From a virus, in the IMG/VR virus record IMGVR_UViG_3300017917_002108, positions 32,001-96,000 of that record: 64,000 nucleotides of DNA, one strand, 5' to 3'. This document shows positions 57,386-64,000 of this stretch, one piece after another. The first letter of the stretch is position 1; each line of letters begins with the position of its first letter. Under the pieces are notes generated by a model. It did no database searches. It saw only the letters and a list, made by a program, of their open reading frames with translations, and was not told the origin of the DNA. The translations under genes and the position numbers were made by a program.

Positions 57386-57604
57386 ATGGCCACTGCAAAA
57401 GACCTAATGGATAATCTTATATATAGAGCTAAAAACATTCAAGAATTTATTGTAGAACGAGAGTGGGAGTTGATTCCCAGCGGAGTGGTAAGATATAATA
57501 TTCAACATACCCAAGGCGAACTAGCTAGAATTTTCGTTCATGCAATGACACAAGATGAAGCAGAAAGATTAGTCGATGATTGGTTCGAAGAGGCAGAAGA
57601 ATAA
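57386..57604 (+). CDS. Hypothetical protein
   Basis: 72 aa ORF, AAGGA SD. Confidence 0.65.
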   Translation: MATAKDLMDNLIYRAKNIQEFIVEREWELIPSGVVRYNIQHTQGELARIFVHAMTQDEAERLVDDWFEEAEE

Positions 57605-58029
57605 TGCGATTCTTTTCTCCTCTACGCGATGACCTTATGGTCCAACAACAAGTAGATGATGCATGGCAACATTTTGTAGGTGTCATTATGCTCAATCAAA
57701 CAGGAAGGAAGGCAGTAAAGACTACACTTCCAGAATTCCTATATTGGTTTCCTACTCCTCATTCTTTATTACAGGCCAACGAAGAATTCGTAAAAAGCAT
57801 AATCGCTCCATTAGGTATGGTCAATATAAGATATAAGAGATTAAGAGGCATGTCCGAAGATTATCTATTATGGAATGGTGATAACGCTACCAAATTATAC
57901 GGTATCGGAAAATATGGCAGTGACAGCTATGAAATATTTTTCAAAGAAAATTACAGCGTAGAGCCAACAGATAAAGAACTTAAGCGATATCTTAACGAGG
58001 AGATCTTCAATGTTGTTAAAGTTACTTGA
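57604..58029 (+). CDS. HhH DNA glycosylase, MBD4-like
   Basis: W....VIMLNQT, PLGM...R, LYGIGKYGSDSY.IF, PTDKEL..Y; start moved to ATG 57604. Confidence 0.85.
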   Translation: MRFFSPLRDDLMVQQQVDDAWQHFVGVIMLNQTGRKAVKTTLPEFLYWFPTPHSLLQANEEFVKSIIAPLGMVNIRYKRLRGMSEDYLLWNGDNATKLYGIGKYGSDSYEIFFKENYSVEPTDKELKRYLNEEIFNVVKVT

Positions 58030-58480
58030 AAGATTAGGTCGAAAACGAATCATATTTGATCGTGTGCATAACGAACCGTATCTAGAAAGATATTATCTCT
58101 TTTTAAAAGAGCGTGAACGTTTTCCCTTTAATGTATTCTTGCATAAGTTCTTAAAGGGAGATCCAGACGATGTCCATGATCATCCATGGCCATACGCAAC
58201 ATTGATATTGAAAGGTGGGTATTATGAATGGGTTCCACAGTTTGATGATCAAGGCCTTAAATCTTGTGAGGTGCGAAAGTGGCGCGGTCCTGGTCATTTT
58301 CGTATATGTAGTCCTAACTCGTATCACCGCATTGAGCTTAAACCTGGCGTAACTGCATGGACATTGTTTATGCCTGGTCCTCACAAACGTGATTGGGGAT
58401 TTCTTGTAAACAACAAATGGATACAACACGAACAGTATCTAAAGGAGAGATATGAACAAGCTCGTAATCGACCAGCGTGA
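58010..58480 (+). CDS. Cupin-fold protein
   Basis: HDHPW...GGYYE...HRIEL metal-binding pattern. Confidence 0.72.
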   Translation: MLLKLLERLGRKRIIFDRVHNEPYLERYYLFLKERERFPFNVFLHKFLKGDPDDVHDHPWPYATLILKGGYYEWVPQFDDQGLKSCEVRKWRGPGHFRICSPNSYHRIELKPGVTAWTLFMPGPHKRDWGFLVNNKWIQHEQYLKERYEQARNRPA

Positions 58481-59036
58481 ACTTCAAGGACTGGTTGCAA
58501 AAATATGTAGAGACATAACACAAAGTAATTGGAAACCAGATTATATCGTAGGAATCACTCGTGGTGGGCTGATTCCTGCTGTCATGATCAGTCAATATTT
58601 GAATATTCCAATGTGGACTCTTAATGTCAGTCTCAGAGACAACAACGAAGGCGAAAGTAACCTATGGATGGCCGAAGATGCTCTCGGACCTAATAGTAGA
58701 GATAGATTCATAGACGATCCAGACGATGTTGCAGGTGTCTTGAAGGCTGCAAGCGAGTTATTAGAAGCTGGCACATTCAAAGAAATATTATTAGTAGACG
58801 ATATCAACGACACAGGCTCCACATTTAATTGGATTATAAACGATTGGAAATCTAGTTGCTTTCCCGAAGATCCAGCTTGGGATGAAGTTTGGAATCAAAA
58901 TGTTAGATTCGCTGTTTTAATAGATAATCTTTCCAGTGACTGTGAATACAGTATGGATTATGTGGGTAAAGAAATTAATAAATCGGAAAACAATGTGTGG
59001 GTAGATTTTCCATGGGAAGAATGGTGGACAAAATGA
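58452..59036 (+). CDS. Type I phosphoribosyltransferase (xanthine-guanine PRT-like)
   Basis: IVGITRGGLIPA, ILLVDDINDTGST, WVDFPWE. Confidence 0.88.
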   Translation: MNKLVIDQRELQGLVAKICRDITQSNWKPDYIVGITRGGLIPAVMISQYLNIPMWTLNVSLRDNNEGESNLWMAEDALGPNSRDRFIDDPDDVAGVLKAASELLEAGTFKEILLVDDINDTGSTFNWIINDWKSSCFPEDPAWDEVWNQNVRFAVLIDNLSSDCEYSMDYVGKEINKSENNVWVDFPWEEWWTK

Positions 59037-59416
59037 TTAAAGTAGTACAAGAACAACCAAATGATATCGATGAATCTAAGGCCCCTTGGACTGAACTTGT
59101 TGAAGAAGATTATCATGTGAAAGTATTTCAAGACAAATATCCAGTCACTGAAGGTCATCTATTATTTGTGCCTAAATATAACACAGTACATGTTCTAATG
59201 GATGCTATGGAAGATGCTGTAAGATATGGATTACAAAAAGTAGAAACCAAAGAGTGGGATGGGTTTAATCTAGGTATCAACATAGGACAAGCAGCAGGTC
59301 AAACTGTTGGTTGGCCGCATGTTCATCTAATTCCAAGACGCCAAGGCGATATGGAAGATCCCACAGGTGGTGTCAGACATGTAATACCAGAAAGAGGTAA
59401 TTATAGAAAGTGGTAA
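59033..59416 (+). CDS. HIT family nucleotide hydrolase
   Basis: DKYPVTEGHLL, GFNLGIN.G.AAGQTV..PHVHLIPR. Confidence 0.92.
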   Translation: MIKVVQEQPNDIDESKAPWTELVEEDYHVKVFQDKYPVTEGHLLFVPKYNTVHVLMDAMEDAVRYGLQKVETKEWDGFNLGINIGQAAGQTVGWPHVHLIPRRQGDMEDPTGGVRHVIPERGNYRKW

Positions 59417-60249
59417 TGAACAAAAGAACTTTATTCATCGGTGATAGTCATACTATGGGGTATAAATCTGTTCCGGATAAAAATGGGCTGGGCAGTTTTA
59501 CTCAATGGAATGATAATAACTATGCAGAAATTTATTCAGAATACAATAAAAAACCTGTAGTCATCTATGCTTTATCGGGAGCAACAAATAGATTGTATAC
59601 CGATTGGCTAAAGTCTATGTTTGAAAAGTACGATGACATTGACGATGTGTTTATATGCCTTTCATCGTTTAATAGATTTATCATTGCCATTGATGATTTA
59701 ACTAACGAAGAAACTCTGCCCATTGATTGGTTTCAATACAAACTTGATAATTCAACAGATACTGTACATAGGTATATGGATGGCATAGTAAGAGACAAAA
59801 CTATGCAACTGTTGAATAAATCAACTTTTGCAGATTATGATAATTTTCCAGGAATAGAATTCAGTGGAGAAGATGGATTAATCACCCCCGATATAAGAAA
59901 ACATACCTATATGCAGGTTAAATTGTTTTTTGAACTAAACACATATCTCGAAAAGAGAGAATTTTTGAATAGTGTCTATACCTGGGATAATATTTGCAAA
60001 GATCACGGTGCTCAGCTCCATTTGTTCAATTTTACTAATAGATTAAAATTTCCCAGCGATTTAAGCTATTACGGGAAACTCAAAAATACTAAAGTAGCTA
60101 CTAAGACTGTAGAAACCTTTTTATCAGGCCTAGGAATAAATCATAAAGATTATTTAATAGAAGATAAAGAACATTACAATACCGAATATCATGAGTTAGT
60201 GGCAAAAAATTATATACCATGGTTAAAAACATTAAAAAATTACTCATAA
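59416..60249 (+). CDS. SGNH/GDSL-like hypothetical protein
   Basis: LFIGDSHTMG ... DKEHY. Confidence 0.55.
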   Translation: MNKRTLFIGDSHTMGYKSVPDKNGLGSFTQWNDNNYAEIYSEYNKKPVVIYALSGATNRLYTDWLKSMFEKYDDIDDVFICLSSFNRFIIAIDDLTNEETLPIDWFQYKLDNSTDTVHRYMDGIVRDKTMQLLNKSTFADYDNFPGIEFSGEDGLITPDIRKHTYMQVKLFFELNTYLEKREFLNSVYTWDNICKDHGAQLHLFNFTNRLKFPSDLSYYGKLKNTKVATKTVETFLSGLGINHKDYLIEDKEHYNTEYHELVAKNYIPWLKTLKNYS

Positions 60250-60812
60250 CTGGAGATAGTTTTGCTGCTGTTTGGCCGGATTCAACTAATGGTTGGGTTA
60301 ATCTATTGGCGAGAGAATATGAAGTTTGCAATCTGGCTAAAGCAGGAGTTGGCGAATATAAGATCCTAAAACAAATAGAAAATATCAACATAAACAATTT
60401 CGATTGTGTGATCGTAAGTCATACCAGCCCTAGTAGAATTCATACTAAAAATCATCCTTTGCATACCACAGGTTTTCATAACGAATGTGATCTAATAGTC
60501 ACAGATTTAATGGCACATTGGAATCCCTTGAATAAAAATTTATCAGGGGCCAAATCATTCTTCAAATACCACTATGACGAACAATATCAGTTAGATATCT
60601 ATAAATTGTTGAGGACCAAAATAAATGATCTAATAAACATACCCTATATTAGTGTCTCCCATGTAGAAATAGCTAATCAATTACGAATTGAATCTCGGCA
60701 TATTGATTTCAGTGACCTCTGGAAAACAGAAAGAGGTAATGTGAATCACTACACTGACGCAGGGAATAAAATTGTTTACAATCAAATTAAAAATATAATA
60801 GAAACCATATGA
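60219..60812 (+). CDS. SGNH/GDSL-like hypothetical protein
   Basis: LITGDSFAA, NLAKAG, VNHY. Confidence 0.55.
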   Translation: MVKNIKKLLITGDSFAAVWPDSTNGWVNLLAREYEVCNLAKAGVGEYKILKQIENININNFDCVIVSHTSPSRIHTKNHPLHTTGFHNECDLIVTDLMAHWNPLNKNLSGAKSFFKYHYDEQYQLDIYKLLRTKINDLINIPYISVSHVEIANQLRIESRHIDFSDLWKTERGNVNHYTDAGNKIVYNQIKNIIETI

Positions 60813-61009
60813 ACGATATACATGTAAATTGGAATCCTAAAAAAATCGATCATCTAGGATGGAACGAAATATGTTGCAGAATAACAGAACAATTTGGTCT
60901 CCCCGGAGATCGGTATGTGACTGAGGTCAGCGAAAATTATATGAAATTTAAATTTAGAGATGACCAAGATAGTCTGATGTGTAGGATGCTGTTAAGCGAA
61001 TACCTATGA
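60809..61009 (+). CDS. Hypothetical protein
   Basis: 66 aa, W...C....EQFGLPGDRY. Confidence 0.6.
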   Translation: MNDIHVNWNPKKIDHLGWNEICCRITEQFGLPGDRYVTEVSENYMKFKFRDDQDSLMCRMLLSEYL

Positions 61010-61245
61010 TAAAATTTATTTTAGGATTCTTAGCTGCATGTTTGATTTGGGTTTGGGTATTGTCTAATGTTGATATACCCACATATAAAATCTATGACTG
61101 TGGTATGGCAGAATGGCATCCTGATACACCTCCCGAAGTGAAAGAAGAGTGTAGGAAAAGACGTTATCAAGAATGGATCAATCGACATGAAAGACAAATT
61201 AAAACACGCATACATGCAGACAGCATTTATTTTTTCAAGACTTAG
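61006..61245 (+). CDS. Small membrane-anchored protein
   Basis: N-terminal TM; YDC..AEWHPD.P..VKEECR. Confidence 0.6.
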   Translation: MIKFILGFLAACLIWVWVLSNVDIPTYKIYDCGMAEWHPDTPPEVKEECRKRRYQEWINRHERQIKTRIHADSIYFFKT

Positions 61246-61714
61246 TCATGCTCGTAGATTACACGTTGGCGCTATCATTGTAAAGGATGATAGGATTATT
61301 TCTATTGGGTATAACGGCATGCCAGCAGGATGGGACAACGATTGTGAAAATAAAGATTATATGTCTAGTGATGCTGGTGGTTGGCTTGATCCTGATGAGA
61401 TAGAAGAACGCTGGCCTTATCAAGAACAGCAACTTCCAAAAGATTCTAATATATGGAGACGATATGCTCTCAAAACTAAACCGGAGGTATTACATGCTGA
61501 AACGAATGCGATCGCTAAACTTGCTAGAAGCACTGAGTCTGGGCTCAATGCTACTATGTTTATTACTCATAGTCCTTGCCTTGATTGTGCAAAGCTCATT
61601 TATCAAAGTGGCATTAATGCTGTCTATTATGCTCATGCTTATCGTAACGAAGATGGAATATCGTTCCTCAAAGCATCGGGAGTAGATGTTGAAAAATTGG
61701 ACGTTAACAGTTAA
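61187..61714 (+). CDS. dCMP deaminase
   Basis: VGAIIV, GYNG, HAETNAI, PCLDC. Confidence 0.92.
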   Translation: MKDKLKHAYMQTAFIFSRLSHARRLHVGAIIVKDDRIISIGYNGMPAGWDNDCENKDYMSSDAGGWLDPDEIEERWPYQEQQLPKDSNIWRRYALKTKPEVLHAETNAIAKLARSTESGLNATMFITHSPCLDCAKLIYQSGINAVYYAHAYRNEDGISFLKASGVDVEKLDVNS

Positions 61715-61877
61715 CGACGACGGAGTAATTGTTCTTCCAGATGATCTGTTAACAGACCTAGGATGGACAGAAGGGGATACTCTTAAATGGATTGACAATC
61801 ATAATGGTTCGTGGAGTATTGTCAAGGAAGAAGACTTGACAAACTTTATTAAAAAAGGTATAATAAGTAATGAGTAA
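61686..61877 (+). CDS. AbrB/MazE-like small DNA-binding protein
   Basis: DGVIVLPDDLL.DLGWTEGDTL.W. Confidence 0.65.
   Translation: MLKNWTLTVNDDGVIVLPDDLLTDLGWTEGDTLKWIDNHNGSWSIVKEEDLTNFIKKGIISNE
61836..61864 (+). promoter_or_regulatory. Consensus sigma70 promoter, 5 nt before queE ATG
   Basis: TTGACA-17 nt-TATAAT. Confidence 0.8.
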
Positions 61878-62724
61878 AATAAAAATCGCAGAGCTGTTTT
61901 ACAGCATCCAAGGTGAAGGACGCTATATGGGGGTGCCCAGTGTGTTCCTTAGAACCTTTGGCTGTAACTTTAAATGTGCTGGGTTTGGAATGCCTAGGGG
62001 TGAACTAAGCTCAGAAGTAGAAGCCATTGCTGCTAGAGTATCGGAGTTTAAGAAGTATGAAGAACTTCCATTGGTTTCTACTGGTTGTGATAGCTATGCT
62101 AGCTGGGATCCTCGCTTTAAGGATCTTAGTCCAATGCTTACTATTGACGCCATCGCAGAAAGAATCTGCGAAATTTTACCATTCAACGGATGGCGAGAAG
62201 AGCACTTGGTTATTACAGGAGGAGAACCGTTGCTTGGGTGGCAACGTGCTTACCCAGAATTGCTGAGACATCCTAAGATGCAAGGCCTTAAAGAAATCAC
62301 ATTTGAAACAAATGGTACTCAACCTCTAACAGAAGAATTTAAAGATTACTTATTGGAATGGTTGATGCCTCATCCAGAATATCAAAAAGAAATCACATTC
62401 AGCGTCAGTGCCAAACTAAGTTGTAGTGGCGAGGAAAGGCATGAAGCCATACGTCCAGAAGTAGTATGCGGATATCAAGACTGGGGACATACTTATCTTA
62501 AATTTGTTGTAGCCACAGAAGAAGACGTAGAAGAAGCTATTGAAACAGCAGATATCTATCGTGCAGAAGGATTTACTGGTTCAATTTACTTGATGCCTGT
62601 GGGCGGTGTTGAAAGTGTGTACACACTAAATAATCGTCGCGTAGCAGAACTAGCGATGAAGAACGGACTAAGATATAGCGACAGATTGCAGGTGCCGCTG
62701 TTTAAAAATGAATGGGGAACTTGA
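61870..62724 (+). CDS. queE: 7-carboxy-7-deazaguanine synthase (radical SAM)
   Basis: ELFYSIQGEG, VFLRTFGCN, ITGGEPLL, ETNGT, S.K, LKFVV, RLQV. Confidence 0.9.
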   Translation: MSKIKIAELFYSIQGEGRYMGVPSVFLRTFGCNFKCAGFGMPRGELSSEVEAIAARVSEFKKYEELPLVSTGCDSYASWDPRFKDLSPMLTIDAIAERICEILPFNGWREEHLVITGGEPLLGWQRAYPELLRHPKMQGLKEITFETNGTQPLTEEFKDYLLEWLMPHPEYQKEITFSVSAKLSCSGEERHEAIRPEVVCGYQDWGHTYLKFVVATEEDVEEAIETADIYRAEGFTGSIYLMPVGGVESVYTLNNRRVAELAMKNGLRYSDRLQVPLFKNEWGT

Positions 62725-63188
62725 TGTTTACAAAAATAATTAAAAAAATTACAGGTATTGATAAACTTGAAGCCAGTATTGCTGAGATGCAGGCCAAAGA
62801 ACTAGAAGTGGTTGAGAAATTAGCTGCCAATCAACGAGAAGTAGAAAGAGCAAGACAGGCCGTAGAAGCAGCCAAAGAAGAAGAAGAATTAGCCAAACTT
62901 AATCCAAAAGAACGTGCTACCAGAAAAAAAGAACCGTGGGTAGCTGTGCTTAACACACATGTTAATAAAGACAATATCAGGAATGGATTCTTTGAGCTTG
63001 ACTGGAATGAGTATTTCGTGCTAAAATTAAAGCAAGAAGGATACGGTTTTGACGGGGACAAAGACGAAGAAATCGTAGATCGGTGGTTCAGAGAGCTCTG
63101 TGCTAATGTGGTAGTTGACGAAGGTGGCAACTTACCTGTTAATACAGGGGTTATTGATATTCAAAGTGTGAAAAAGAATAACCTATGA
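62724..63188 (+). CDS. Coiled-coil hypothetical protein
   Basis: Start 62724; KEPWV...FELDWN..F. Confidence 0.7.
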   Translation: MFTKIIKKITGIDKLEASIAEMQAKELEVVEKLAANQREVERARQAVEAAKEEEELAKLNPKERATRKKEPWVAVLNTHVNKDNIRNGFFELDWNEYFVLKLKQEGYGFDGDKDEEIVDRWFRELCANVVVDEGGNLPVNTGVIDIQSVKKNNL

Positions 63189-64000
63189 CATATATTTTAG
63201 TTGATACTGCTAACACATTCTTTCGTGCTAGGCATGTTATTAACGGCGATGCCGATATCAAGCTGGGTATGGCATTTCATATTACTCTAAACTCTATTCG
63301 TAAAGCATGGCAGCAATTCCATGGCAGTCATGTTATTTTCTGTTTAGAGGGAAGATCTTGGCGCAAGGACTACTACGAACCATATAAACGCAATCGTGCA
63401 GAAGCCCGTGCTGCACATACAGAAAAAGAACAAGAAGAAGATCGTGTATTCTGGGAAGCTTTTGATACATTCAAAGAGTTTATCACAGACAAGACTAATT
63501 GTACAGTTCTACGAAATGATCAGCTAGAAGCAGATGATCTCATAGCAGGTTGGATACAAAGTCATCCGGACGATAATCACGTTATCATTTCGACAGACAC
63601 AGATTTCGTGCAACTTATCGCACCTAATGTAAAACAGTATAACGGTGTAATGGAATATACAATTACACACGAAGGAATCTTTGATGACAAAGGTAAACCG
63701 GTCATTGACAAAAAAACCAAAGAACCAAAAGCAGCCCCAAACCCGGAATGGCTCTTATTCGAAAAGTGTATGCGTGGTGATACCAGTGATAATGTCTTCT
63801 CAGCGTATCCGGGTGTGCGTACTAAAGGCACAAGCAAAAAAGTGGGTCTTGCTGAAGCGTTCGAAGATCGTGGCACCAAAGGATTTGCGTGGAACAATCT
63901 CATGCTTCAGAGATGGACTGACCACGAAGGCAAAGAACATAGGGTCCTAGAAGATTATGAACGCAATCGTCGACTAATCGATCTTAGCTATCAGCCAGAC
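63185..64000 (+). CDS. rnh: T4 RNase H-like 5'-3' exonuclease (partial, runs off window end)
   Basis: Not in ORF track; manual translation MTYILVDTANTFFR...SWRKDYYEPYKRNR...LEADDLIA...ISTDTDFVQL...GDTSDNV. Confidence 0.88.
   Translation, partial: MTYILVDTANTFFRARHVINGDADIKLGMAFHITLNSIRKAWQQFHGSHVIFCLEGRSWRKDYYEPYKRNRAEARAAHTEKEQEEDRVFWEAFDTFKEFITDKTNCTVLRNDQLEADDLIAGWIQSHPDDNHVIISTDTDFVQLIAPNVKQYNGVMEYTITHEGIFDDKGKPVIDKKTKEPKAAPNPEWLLFEKCMRGDTSDNVFSAYPGVRTKGTSKKVGLAEAFEDRGTKGFAWNNLMLQRWTDHEGKEHRVLEDYERNRRLIDLSYQPD

Noticed and set aside
2665-63950. Numerous short antisense or alternative-frame ORFs in the track (e.g. 10227-10622, 45993-46481, 56319-56798, 63577-63903)
   Set aside because: They lie within well-supported genes, lack SD or motifs, and look like shadow ORFs.
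1-64000. Stop-codon reassignment as in some large phages
   Set aside because: Genes are full-length and tightly packed under the standard code; TAA, TGA and TAG all terminate recognisable genes.
1-64000. tRNA, rRNA, introns, homing endonucleases, transposases
   Set aside because: Intergenic gaps are short and none showed a cloverleaf; PolB and other core genes are uninterrupted. A covariance-model scan would be needed to fully exclude small RNAs.

Overview
AT-rich, densely coding 64 kb segment of a large T4-like (myovirus/jumbo-type) bacteriophage, read with the standard genetic code. The host is probably Gram-negative, because there is a two-component spanin pair and proteobacterial-type IscU/IscA/ErpA/ferredoxin. 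Layout: (1) 0-2.4 kb, SOD plus IscU/IscA; (2) 2.5-27 kb, baseplate/tail-fibre block with four proteins sharing a T4 gp9/gp10-like N-terminal docking motif, an S8 protease, a LamG protein and an inverted QueC-like cassette; (3) 27-33 kb, DnaE fragment, GroES, MazG-like, cytidylyltransferase, clamp loader, ferredoxin, PhoH; (4) 33.8-36.5 kb, lysis cassette; (5) DnaJ and ClpA; (6) 40.9-46.6 kb, probable head-packaged internal proteins with capsid-targeting-like N-termini and xxE processing sites, one of which carries modules bounded by an exact 23-bp repeat (KQGVAEGS); (7) family B DNA polymerase and sliding clamp; (8) 51-63 kb, a 7-deazaguanine DNA-modification locus (DpdA-like TGT, DpdL-like, FolE, atypical QueE) interleaved with a GT-B glycosyltransferase, MBD4-like glycosylase, cupin, PRTase, HIT and dCMP deaminase; (9) a T4 RNase H-like gene cut by the window edge. 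The best candidates for an undescribed system are a possible glycosylated 7-deazaguanine pathway and a repeat-bounded cassette system feeding modules into head-packaged polyproteins. No tRNA, rRNA, CRISPR array or mobile-element enzyme was recognised. All calls come from motif recognition by eye; no database searches were run.
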